Below, in pieces: positions 55,101 to 62,718 of a stretch of DNA of 64,000 nucleotides (its first letter is position 1; each line of letters begins with the position of its first letter). The notes under the pieces were generated by a model, which saw nothing but the letters and a program-made list of their open reading frames with translations, ran no database searches and was not told the DNA's origin. Location of the stretch: assembly GCA_905236985.1 (NCBI GenBank), contig CAJORF010000140.1, positions 5,973-69,972 on the forward strand, in the 5' to 3' direction. A program made the position numbers and the translations under genes. This DNA comes from an uncultured Bacteroidaceae bacterium (lineage in GTDB: Bacteria; Bacteroidota; Bacteroidia; Bacteroidales; Bacteroidaceae).

Positions 55101-55977
55101 CCGCTTCGTCATTACTATCAGGTTCGGCACTGATGGATGCGATAGGGGTGACAACACTGTCACCCTCGGTAACGAAATAGCAGGCGGCTGTGGCATAGTG
55201 GTTGACAACGTGACGTCCATTCTGCCAATGTACGAGGCCGTTAGCGTAGAAAAGATAACCGTCGGCCACGGGGAGCAGTGCCACTTCCTCTAAATCGTCC
55301 CAATCCGCATCGGCGTCGATGACTTCATTTTGCCGATGGCCACCATAGCCATAGACGCGGACGCGCTGCGGTTCGAAGCCCATCTTCTTGATCTGGCTGT
55401 TGGTAAGGTGATAGATACCATCGCTCGTAACGGAAATCTTCGCCCATTGACCCTCAGCGAGAACGCTGTGAGCCGCATATCGGCCAGCGATGAAGTCGGT
55501 AGAATAGCCACGTGTCGTCATTTTATTCCGAAGCTTCAGGCCATTCCGACTGGACTTAGCCACCGGCATAATCTCCATCTTGCCGCTGATGAGCTTCAAG
55601 TAGCTGCCCGCACGCTCGACAATGGGCACAAACGAGACATCTAAGAGTCCTTGACCGCGCGCCACACCAACAAAGGTCTCAATCTTCAAGCTATCTGACA
55701 GCTGCTCGCGGAAGCGCTCTGCCACAGACTGTTCGCTCTTCGTCAGCGGTACCCACTCAGGATAACGGATGCTCACATGGTAGTCGTAGCTGCGATAGTC
55801 GCTCTCTAATGGCACCACCTCAGCATAGACGGGCAGAACGCTGTCAATGCGTAACTCGTTCCAGTCGAGTCGCATGAAATCGTCTTGGGCGCTCACCATT
55901 GCAGGCCAAATTAACAACAAGCAACAGACCCACCCCCAGGCCCTCACATACCTTATGATATCTTGATATGATAACAT
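52123..55977 (-). CDS. porU: Type IX secretion system sortase/C-terminal signal peptidase PorU (peptidase C25 family)
   Basis: The 1284-aa protein has a gingipain-like core (YLLLFGDGAWDNR, NYTGHAATY). Its C-terminal beta-sandwich is typical of PorU. It lies immediately upstream of porV. Confidence 0.9.
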   Translation of the reverse strand: MLSYQDIIRYVRAWGWVCCLLLIWPAMVSAQDDFMRLDWNELRIDSVLPVYAEVVPLESDYRSYDYHVSIRYPEWVPLTKSEQSVAERFREQLSDSLKIETFVGVARGQGLLDVSFVPIVERAGSYLKLISGKMEIMPVAKSSRNGLKLRNKMTTRGYSTDFIAGRYAAHSVLAEGQWAKISVTSDGIYHLTNSQIKKMGFEPQRVRVYGYGGHRQNEVIDADADWDDLEEVALLPVADGYLFYANGLVHWQNGRHVVNHYATAACYFVTEGDSVVTPIASISAEPDSNDEAAASRIDAHYIYDPQEYSWYQGGSQFYENYDFATGSSRSYSFALSAQNQSERMPAHVSATGSDATLSIRFSAADEETNTTVTPSFNGNALLSFEIYTLGKYDAAVESTRTFTISADKLKNANVLQLTTTQGHHARLNYFTLSYDGLLRLDDAVRQCAFNSKQGRFSVEYANGQQPQLWRLARRGQPAVALKGITIESNGSRFYQVRTDSEGAEYSYVAFDAAAYASYPQPTIVGAVANQDLHATDSLDMVILTPVSGLFDAQAERLAAVHREVDALRVGIFRADQVYNEFSSGTPDATAYRRFMKMLYDRGTADGTAPRYLLLFGDGAWDNRMATSAWRTYSSDNFLLCYESENSLNDIRSYVMEEYYGLLDDGEGANVIREKTDLGVGRFPVRTLAEASALVDKTISYIYSENAGAWKNVISFLGDDGDNNEHLIMANQVAESVIAKHPEIEVRKVMWDAYPRESTASGFRFPQAKQVIDQQMEEGALMMNYTGHAATYCLSYEQVLRIEDFAAYTSPRVPLWVTAACDVMPFDTQKENVGETAILNEKAAAVAFYGTTRTVYANKNVVLNRAFCSAVFDADEQGVPNRLGDAVRYSKTYVAGTEGDSRENKLHYVLLGDPALRMGSIQNRIVLDSINGTAVDDLPENYTLHAGGRMRLAGHLVDADGAALSAFEGTIHSRLYDSKSQIVCLNADGADEAFTYTTYDKILFNGTDSVHGGRFALTCPIPVDIKYSDEAGRLLFYAISSDRRTEANGYCEDFLLGGTEPGLNDNEGPRITAWVGGEDFENGGEVCSTPYFVAHLEDESGINTAGNSIGHDLELIIDGNPSTTYNLNTYYIGNFGDFTRGTVAFSIPELTEGQHSLLFRAWDTQNNENHITLDFTVNSSLKMHLLDLTTSINPARTQTAFLLTYDRPGCTCEFTIEVFDFAGRLLWTHTETGSNANGLYSVPWNLTTGSGFPLGSGIYLYRAHVRCDESDEVTKTRKLIINRRQ

Positions 55978-55991
55978 CTCTTGTATCGAAA

Positions 55992-56612
55992 CTACTTCAC
56001 ATTGAACTCCAGTACTTTCTCATCCTCTAACCACCCACAGAGGTGGTCATCGATATGGACAGGACCCACACCCACGGGCGTACCTGTGTAAATAAGGTCA
56101 CCTGTCTTCAGGGTGAAAAAGCGGCTGATGAAACTCACCAGCTCATCGACCGGACGGAGCATATCTGCCGTATGACCCTCCTGCACCTTCTCACCGTTGA
56201 TGTCGAGGTGGAAGTGCAGATCTTGGATATCGCGTCCCAAAGCCTCCTTGCTAATGAAACGCCCAACCACCGCCGAACCATCAAAGCCCTTGCACAGCTC
56301 CCAAGGATGTCCTTTCGCTCGCAATTCCTTTTGCAGGTCGCGTGCCGTGAAGTCAATGCCCACAGTGACTGCATCGTAGTAGCGATGGGCAAAGCGCGGT
56401 GCGATGGAGCGTCCCAGCCGGCTAATGCGAACGACCAACTCCGTCTCATAGTCACACCGATGAGTAAAATCTGGAATGAAAAACGGATGCCCATTCGTGA
56501 GCAGCGCAGAGTCGGCCTTCGTGAAGATCACAGGCTCCTCTGTCTTATATAACGATCCGTGGAGCTCTTTATTGTGCTCCGCGTAATTCATGCCAACAGC
56601 AAATATTTTCAT
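55992..56612 (-). CDS. Fumarylacetoacetate hydrolase (FAH) family protein
   Basis: It begins MKIFAVGMNYAEHNKEL. The segments ETELVVRI and GDLIYTGTPVGVGPV are typical of the FAH fold. The start is set at 56612 because a TACCTTTG box lies at 56623-56630 inside the longer ORF. Confidence 0.85.
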   Translation of the reverse strand: MKIFAVGMNYAEHNKELHGSLYKTEEPVIFTKADSALLTNGHPFFIPDFTHRCDYETELVVRISRLGRSIAPRFAHRYYDAVTVGIDFTARDLQKELRAKGHPWELCKGFDGSAVVGRFISKEALGRDIQDLHFHLDINGEKVQEGHTADMLRPVDELVSFISRFFTLKTGDLIYTGTPVGVGPVHIDDHLCGWLEDEKVLEFNVK

Positions 56613-56622
56613 AATTCGTGTG

Positions 56623-56630
56623 CAAAGGTA
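56623..56630 (-). promoter_or_regulatory. Bacteroidota -7 promoter box TACCTTTG (FAH-porU-porV-ispF transcription unit)
   Basis: The reverse complement of caaaggta matches TAnnTTTG, very close (11 nt) to the ATG. Confidence 0.5.
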
Positions 56631-56746
56631 GCTGTTTCTTGTCAATCCACAAAGAAAACAGGGCTAAAAACCTCCTTTCTGACGGCTGAAATGTGAAAGA
56701 GATTAAAAAACAAGGTCGAAAAGTATCAACTTATTAATTATTAATG

Positions 56747-56754
56747 TAACTTTG
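56747..56754 (+). promoter_or_regulatory. Bacteroidota -7 promoter box TAACTTTG
   Basis: It matches TAnnTTTG 42 nt upstream of the ATG at 56796. Confidence 0.55.
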
Positions 56755-56795
56755 GACAAAAATAACCTTAAAACAATCTCATTTAATCTTTTTCC

Positions 56796-58076
56796 ATGCA
56801 TAGAAGACAATTTCTGAAAACGATGGGAGCGGCAGGGCTGTTCTCCATCATACCGCGAAGAGTGCTCGGCGGCAAAGGCTACCTCGCTCCCAGTGACCAG
56901 CTCACAAAAGCCATCATTGGTGTCGGAGGCATCGGACGTTCAAGCAGCCATTTCTCGTCTTCCGACGCCTGCCGCCTTCTGGCTGTCTGTGATGTGGACA
57001 AGAAACATCTGGATAACGCCGTTGAAGCCGCCAAGACACAACTCAACGAGAATGTCAAGGCTTTTGAGGATTTCCGCGAACTCATCCATCAGGCGGGGGC
57101 TGACATCATACACATCGCCACACCCCCACATTGGCACGGACTCATGGCCGTCGAAGCAGCCAAGGCTGGTAAAGATATTTGGTTGGAGAAACCTATGACA
57201 CGCACCATTGGCGAGGGACAGGCAGTGAAAGCCGCCGTCCAACGCTACGGTCGCATCCTACGCTTGAATACGTGGTTCCGTTTTACTGACACGTTCTATG
57301 GCCTCGGCACACCCGTCAAACCGCTGAAGAAACTCATCGACAGCGGTCTGCTCGGTTGGCCCCTGAAGGTCACCGTCTCAGGTGCCACGGGCTTTGCATG
57401 GAAGTTCTTCTGGGTTGGCAAGGAGAATCTGACACCAGAGCCTGTGCCTGCCGAACTCAACTATGACATGTGGCTCGGTCCAGCACCCTTCAAACCTTAC
57501 AACGCTCATCGCACGCACCAGACGTTCCGAGGCTACTGGGACTACGACGGCGGAGGACTCACCGACATGGGGCAACACTATCTCGACCCTGTGCAGTATA
57601 TGTTGGGCAAGGACAACGAGTTCCCCGTCAAGGTGGAGGTTGATGCGCCCCAACAACACTATGACGCAGTCGGCATATGGCATAAGATCACCTACACCTA
57701 CGCCGACGGCTGTCAGATTGTCCTCGAAGGGGAAGGATATGAGACCCAAGGCAAACTCGCCTATATCGAAGGACCCAAGGGAAAGGTCTTTAAAGGCTTC
57801 GAATGTACCATCCCCGACGTGTGGAACAAACTCAACGAAATGCCCGATCCAGAACCACAGCGCACCGACTTCCTTCAATGTGTCCGCACACGCCAGAAGT
57901 TTGCCCTCAACGAGGACAACGGTCACCATAGTTGCACCCTCGTCAATATGGGAGCCGTAGCGCTCCGACTCGGTCGCCGCGAGCTCAACTTCGACCCGAG
58001 TACACAGACGTTCATTGGCGACGCTGCCGCTAACGCCCTCATCCACCAACCCATGCGAGGCGAGTGGAAAATCTGA
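56796..58076 (+). CDS. Gfo/Idh/MocA-family oxidoreductase with a twin-arginine signal
   Basis: The TAT motif is MHRRQFLKTMGAAGLFSI. The Rossmann start is IIGVGGIGRS and EKP is in the conserved position (WLEKPM). Confidence 0.85.
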   Translation: MHRRQFLKTMGAAGLFSIIPRRVLGGKGYLAPSDQLTKAIIGVGGIGRSSSHFSSSDACRLLAVCDVDKKHLDNAVEAAKTQLNENVKAFEDFRELIHQAGADIIHIATPPHWHGLMAVEAAKAGKDIWLEKPMTRTIGEGQAVKAAVQRYGRILRLNTWFRFTDTFYGLGTPVKPLKKLIDSGLLGWPLKVTVSGATGFAWKFFWVGKENLTPEPVPAELNYDMWLGPAPFKPYNAHRTHQTFRGYWDYDGGGLTDMGQHYLDPVQYMLGKDNEFPVKVEVDAPQQHYDAVGIWHKITYTYADGCQIVLEGEGYETQGKLAYIEGPKGKVFKGFECTIPDVWNKLNEMPDPEPQRTDFLQCVRTRQKFALNEDNGHHSCTLVNMGAVALRLGRRELNFDPSTQTFIGDAAANALIHQPMRGEWKI

Positions 58077-58102
58077 TTCCCATTCTCAACATTCGATTAA
58101 AA

Positions 58103-60481
58103 ATGAAACACCTTAGATATCTAACATTACTGTTGGCGGTGCTATTTGTTTTCAACTTCAACACCACCGCCCAAGACAGCCGCAACCGCGTAGCCTCCAC
58201 CATCATCGCAGACGCGCTCGCACAGCTGCCCGCACAAAACTTCAACGCGCTCGAGCAAGTCATGAGCGAGATAGCAGGAACAGGCGCTGAGGGAGTTGAG
58301 TCCATTGCAGCCATGCTCGGCCCCTCAGCCGAAGGCAAAAACGCTATTTTCCAATATGCCATCGACGGCCTCACCAGTTACGTCACCGTCAAGGGTCGCG
58401 AAGACCAATGTGCAGTCGTCAAGAAAGGGCTTGAAGCCGCCATCGCCAAATGCACAGACGAGGGCAACAAGACATTTCTCACCACACAGCTCGCCAAGCT
58501 ATCGCCAGAGCAACAGGTCGTCAACCACGCTACGGAAGACCTGAGTACCGTGGCCGTCAACTCCCGCGCCATAGCTGAGTTGCGTGACAAGGTCGCAGCC
58601 ACCCCCGCCAAAAAGCAAAACGGCCTCCTCCTCAAGACCATAAAGAGGAGCAACGACCCACAGCTCCGCTGCACCGCCCTTGAACTCGGGTCCGTGCTCA
58701 GCGGTTTTCCCGCTGAGGTCGCCAAAGCCTACCCTAAGCTCTCCACTGACGCCAAGACCGACGTTCTACGTTGGTTCGGCAACCGACATGACAGCCTCCA
58801 CACAGACATCGTCATCACAGCCCTCACCTCCGGCAACAACCAGATAGCCACCGCTGCCATCGAGGCCGCTGGAAAGATTGGAGGCACACAGGCACTGAAC
58901 GCACTCATCGAACAGCTCGACAGCCCGCACAACACAGAAGCCAAGGCCGCACTCCAAACCTTCAACGGCACAATCAACGAGGGCGTACTCGAAGCCCTCA
59001 AGGGCAAGGGCACTAATGCTAATGCAGCCCTCGTCAGCCTCGCCGGGGAGCGGCACATCACCGCCGCCTACCAGCCCCTCACCAACCTCCTTGGCAACGA
59101 CAAACTCCACGCCACTGCCGCCACCAGCCTCGCACAGATCGTCACCGAGGATACCTACGCCGACCTCCTCGATCGCTTCAAACCCTATCCAGAGAACTAC
59201 TATCGCCTCCTCGCACAGCGCGCCTCCAAGGATGACATACAGCAGCTCGTTGACGCCGCCTCCGGTTCAGTGGATGGCAGTACATCCATCAGCGAAGAAG
59301 CTGCCCGCGCTGCCCTTTTGCAGGTAAACAGTTCCGACGTGGTTTCTCCCCTCATGACCCTCGCGAGCAGCGATGCAAAGAACAAGAGCACCCTCCTCAA
59401 CCGCGTCCTTACCCTCACGAAGAGTGCCAACTGGCCAAGCCTGCAAAAATACCAGATCTACAAGCAAGCACTGGAGATGCACCCAGCCAACACCACCGTC
59501 AACAGCTACATCGAGGCACTCGCCACACTGAACAACGAACCAGCACTCAATCTGGCTGCCGAATATATGGACAACAAAGCCTTTGACCTCGCCGCTGCTC
59601 ACGCTGTCACAACCCTCATCTCCAAGAACGAGCCCCTCCAACGCGGCACACACATCCGCGAAATGCTCATGAAAGCACAGGAGATCTTCAAAAGCCACAC
59701 AGAGAACGCCGACGCTGGCTACGCCGTGGATCAGGTCAACTCCCTTCTGCCCAAGATCATCGACGACCCCAACGCAGCCACCGCCAAAATCACTACGCTC
59801 TCCGACGAAGAGGCACAAGCGGGATTCGAACTGCTCTTCGACGGAACGAACCTCGACAAATGGCAGGGCAACAAGACCGACTATGTCCCCATTGACGGCG
59901 CTATACACGTCAGCGCGCACTATGGTGCCGAAGGAAACCTCTACACCACAAAGAAATACGCTGACTTCGTTTTCCGCTTTGAGTTCTGCTTCGTGCGACC
60001 AGGTATCAATAATGGTGTCGGAATCCGTACTAAGGAAGGCGTCGATGCCGCCTACGATGGCATGGAGATTCAGATTCTCGACCACGACGATCCCATTTAC
60101 AAGGGACTGCGCGAGTATCAAGTCCACGGATCCGTCTATGGCATCATACCTGCCAAGCGCATCAAGCACAAGCCTTTAGGCGAATGGAACTACGAGGAGA
60201 TACGCGCCGAGGGTAACCACATCACCGTCACCCTCAACGGTGAAGTCCTCGTCGATGGAGACATCCACGAAGCTTGTCAGGGACACAACATGGCACCCGA
60301 GGGAGAGACGAGTAACCCCTACACCGTAGATCACCAGAGCCATCCCGGCCTTTTCAACCCCGACGGTCTCATCTGCTTCTGCGGCCATGGCGAGGGTCTC
60401 AAGCTCCGCAACATCCGCGTCCTCGACCTCTCCGCCCAGAAGAAGACCAAAAAAGGCAAGACGACCAAGCGCCGCAAATAA
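58103..60481 (+). CDS. HEAT-repeat plus DUF1080 (3-keto-disaccharide hydrolase-like) domain protein
   Basis: The signal peptide is MKHLRYLTLLLAVLFVFNFNTTAQ. A long Ala/Leu-rich helical repeat region follows. The C-terminal FELLFDGTNLDKWQG...FRFEFCFVRPGINNGVGIR...EIQILD is typical of DUF1080. Confidence 0.8.
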   Translation: MKHLRYLTLLLAVLFVFNFNTTAQDSRNRVASTIIADALAQLPAQNFNALEQVMSEIAGTGAEGVESIAAMLGPSAEGKNAIFQYAIDGLTSYVTVKGREDQCAVVKKGLEAAIAKCTDEGNKTFLTTQLAKLSPEQQVVNHATEDLSTVAVNSRAIAELRDKVAATPAKKQNGLLLKTIKRSNDPQLRCTALELGSVLSGFPAEVAKAYPKLSTDAKTDVLRWFGNRHDSLHTDIVITALTSGNNQIATAAIEAAGKIGGTQALNALIEQLDSPHNTEAKAALQTFNGTINEGVLEALKGKGTNANAALVSLAGERHITAAYQPLTNLLGNDKLHATAATSLAQIVTEDTYADLLDRFKPYPENYYRLLAQRASKDDIQQLVDAASGSVDGSTSISEEAARAALLQVNSSDVVSPLMTLASSDAKNKSTLLNRVLTLTKSANWPSLQKYQIYKQALEMHPANTTVNSYIEALATLNNEPALNLAAEYMDNKAFDLAAAHAVTTLISKNEPLQRGTHIREMLMKAQEIFKSHTENADAGYAVDQVNSLLPKIIDDPNAATAKITTLSDEEAQAGFELLFDGTNLDKWQGNKTDYVPIDGAIHVSAHYGAEGNLYTTKKYADFVFRFEFCFVRPGINNGVGIRTKEGVDAAYDGMEIQILDHDDPIYKGLREYQVHGSVYGIIPAKRIKHKPLGEWNYEEIRAEGNHITVTLNGEVLVDGDIHEACQGHNMAPEGETSNPYTVDHQSHPGLFNPDGLICFCGHGEGLKLRNIRVLDLSAQKKTKKGKTTKRRK

Positions 60482-60506
60482 GAAAGCAATTGGACACGAT
60501 ACAATG

Positions 60507-60540
60507 AAGCCCTGTAGCACACTCGCTGCAGGGCTTTTTC
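60507..60540 (+). terminator. Rho-independent terminator
   Basis: The stem aagccctgtagc / gctgcagggctt has one mismatch and is followed by tttc. It lies 26 nt after the stop at 60481. Confidence 0.7.
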
Positions 60541-60562
60541 GGCACGATACTGATGAGAAAAC

Positions 60563-60630
60563 CTTATCAACCTGCATCCTTCACCATGAAAAAAACAAAA
60601 ATTTTGTTTGAAATCGATGTCAGTTGTCAG
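60563..60630 (-). repeat. Intergenic repeat copy 5 (long form, about 68 bp, opposite orientation to copies 1-4)
   Basis: Plus-strand sequence: cttatcaacctgcatccttcaccatgaaaaaaacaaaaattttgtttgaaatcgatgtcagttgtcag. The reverse complement carries CTGACAA-CTGACAT-cgATTTCAAACAAAATTTTTG. Confidence 0.85.
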
Positions 60631-60703
60631 CTTGTTCCTTGCCCTCCGCTTGGAAGATAAGGAACTCTGCCGTGCTGTTTCTTATCAAATGTTTTTCTGC
60701 CAT
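60620..60703 (-). pseudogene. N-terminal 27-codon remnant of a RhuM-family (virulence protein RhuM-like) gene, truncated by repeat copy 5
   Basis: The minus-strand translation MAEKHLIRNSTAEFLIFQAEGKEQADN* has IRNSTAEFLIFQ..G, which I recognise as the conserved RhuM-family N-terminus (from memory). Its own TAATTTTG box lies upstream. The reading frame runs into the repeat and stops at a TGA inside it. Confidence 0.5.
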
Positions 60704-60990
60704 GATTGGTTGTTTTTTACGAAGGTTTCCCTCTTCAGGAACAAATCATGTTCCTTCTTGCTGCAAAATTACATGCTTTTAGCTAATTATCCAAATAATT
60801 TCTGTTTTTTGTAGCATTTCACTTTCGATTTTTGTGGCAATTCATTCCATGTTTTTAGGTAAGTCATTCGGTGCTTTAAAAGCCGTGCGCACCCTCGTCC
60901 GCTTCACCGTCGATAACGGCACTTTCCGCGACCTTGAAGTCATAGAGATCCCGCGCCACTAAAACGCCAATCTACTGTTTACCGTCGTCA

Positions 60991-61057
60991 CTCATCAACC
61001 TTCATCCTTCACCGAAGAAAAAATAAAATTTTGTATGAAATCAATGTCAGTTGTCAG
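60991..61057 (-). repeat. Intergenic repeat copy 6 (long form)
   Basis: Sequence ctcatcaaccttcatccttcaccgaagaaaaaataaaattttgtatgaaatcaatgtcagttgtcag. It is collinear with copy 5 over about 67 bp and lies 428 bp downstream in the same orientation. Confidence 0.85.
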
Positions 61058-61084
61058 GTTTTATGGTTTTATTTGGACTATTCG

Positions 61085-62698
61085 TTATAAAGCTTCAAAG
61101 GCATTAAAATCCACAATAGACTTATATTTGTTCAAGTCCTTTTTACGTTCCATTAACTTCGGAAGAATTGACGGGTCAATTTTATACGCAGCAACAAACA
61201 ACTTTAGCAAATATTCTATACGTCTTCTTTGTAAATCACATTCTGTATGTTTTGGATTAGTCCATTTGCCACCGTCAAGACGGAGTGCTGCACAATAACT
61301 GCAAGTATTCATTGCCCAACAACTGCAACATTCTTCACAATTTGTTGTCTCACCATAACTTCTATATGCATCTATCATTTTCTGCATATCATATCCACCT
61401 TCACAAACATTACCCAGAGGTAAAGAGCCATCCGTCTTATGACACAGATGCATTTCTCCCTCAGTTCCTATCATAATATTATCTACACAAAGAGGGCACG
61501 TAAGACTTACAGATAAATGACGACGCCGAATAGGTGTGTCACTTTCGATACCTTCAAGAAAATACAGCGACGTGAATTCATCTATAGCATTCGGATCATT
61601 CTCAGCAATTCGTTTTTTGTAATTCTCAATGTTTGCAGTTATCATTTCTTTTTCATTTTCATCATAATATTGGATTTCTTTCTCCGGTTCTCGCTCCAAG
61701 CATCCATACGGTTGTTCTCTCAAATAGTCTATAGGACAACCAAAAGAATCTAACAGTCTATGAACTGCATCCTTGTTATTCCCCTCAGCCTCAACACATA
61801 GTATCAAGATTTTGGTCTTAAAGTAATCATTATCAGCTTCTTTTATTTTCATTAGGTTTGAGTATACACAATCAAAGGTACCTTTTCCTTCAGCAGTAAT
61901 ACGATTCCTGTCGTTATCCTCCTTTGGTCCATCCAGTGAAACGAACAATAACGGACGATAGTTCAAGATAAACGACAGCATTTCTTCTGTAAAGATATAC
62001 AGGTTCGTATTAATTGAAAAAGAAAGGCAGTCATGAGGGATTCCGTCTTTTTCCCATCCACAATTCAGATAATAATCAGTTGCTTCTTTTACCAAATGCC
62101 AATTAAGGGAAGGCTCGCCACCATAAAAGCCGATAAAAGGAGGAAAATGCTTTAATAATAATTCTTTCTTGTCTTCAGACAATCGTCTATAAAACGTCAA
62201 ATACATATCCTTGTAAAAGTCAATAGCTTTTTTTGCCACAGGGAATGTCATTTGGCTTTTTGTATGATGTCGGTATATAGTTTCAAGTGTATTATGACAA
62301 TAACGGCATCTGAAATTACATTGCTGTGTGGTTTCTAATACGAATTTACGCATTAGGATATTTTTTATGTTATACTCAATGCGCATTCTCACATCATTTG
62401 GCTCTGTACTTATTAGTCGCTCTACTGATCCAGGAAGTAATACCCCTTTGTTTTGCATATCATCAATACGCTTAATAATTCCATCTATTCCTGGAACATT
62501 TGGAAAAAGTTGATGTACTTTTATTTTGTCATGACTTCGTAGGTATTCTGCTACAATAGGCAAATCTCCATTGTCAATGATAAACATCATATTGGCTCTT
62601 GCATCATATACCATCATGCTTGCAGGATCAAAGTCAACCATCTTAATCAGAGGATAGTTTTCTTCAAAATAAATGAGAGCTTCTTGTTTTGTAGTCAT
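61085..62698 (-). CDS. Radical SAM/SPASM-domain peptide maturase
   Basis: The CX3CX2C cluster is QQCNFRCRYCHN. The C-terminal Cys-rich SPASM-like region reads CPLCVDN...HLCHKTDG...CEECCSCWAMNTCSYCAA. It is 537 aa and sits 20 nt downstream of an ABC exporter gene. It resembles the radical SAM maturase of the GG-Bacteroidales system (TIGR04148, recalled from memory). Confidence 0.85.
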   Translation of the reverse strand: MTTKQEALIYFEENYPLIKMVDFDPASMMVYDARANMMFIIDNGDLPIVAEYLRSHDKIKVHQLFPNVPGIDGIIKRIDDMQNKGVLLPGSVERLISTEPNDVRMRIEYNIKNILMRKFVLETTQQCNFRCRYCHNTLETIYRHHTKSQMTFPVAKKAIDFYKDMYLTFYRRLSEDKKELLLKHFPPFIGFYGGEPSLNWHLVKEATDYYLNCGWEKDGIPHDCLSFSINTNLYIFTEEMLSFILNYRPLLFVSLDGPKEDNDRNRITAEGKGTFDCVYSNLMKIKEADNDYFKTKILILCVEAEGNNKDAVHRLLDSFGCPIDYLREQPYGCLEREPEKEIQYYDENEKEMITANIENYKKRIAENDPNAIDEFTSLYFLEGIESDTPIRRRHLSVSLTCPLCVDNIMIGTEGEMHLCHKTDGSLPLGNVCEGGYDMQKMIDAYRSYGETTNCEECCSCWAMNTCSYCAALRLDGGKWTNPKHTECDLQRRRIEYLLKLFVAAYKIDPSILPKLMERKKDLNKYKSIVDFNAFEAL

Positions 62699-62718
62699 AA
62701 TCTCGATATTATTAGTTC

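Noticed and set aside
60868-60957. A minus-strand C-terminus-like fragment (...VARDLYDFKVAESAVIDGEADEGAHGF stop) as a feature
   Set aside because: It has no start codon, an in-frame stop lies about 30 codons upstream, and I do not recognise the family. It is mentioned only as a probable remnant within the decay-zone finding.
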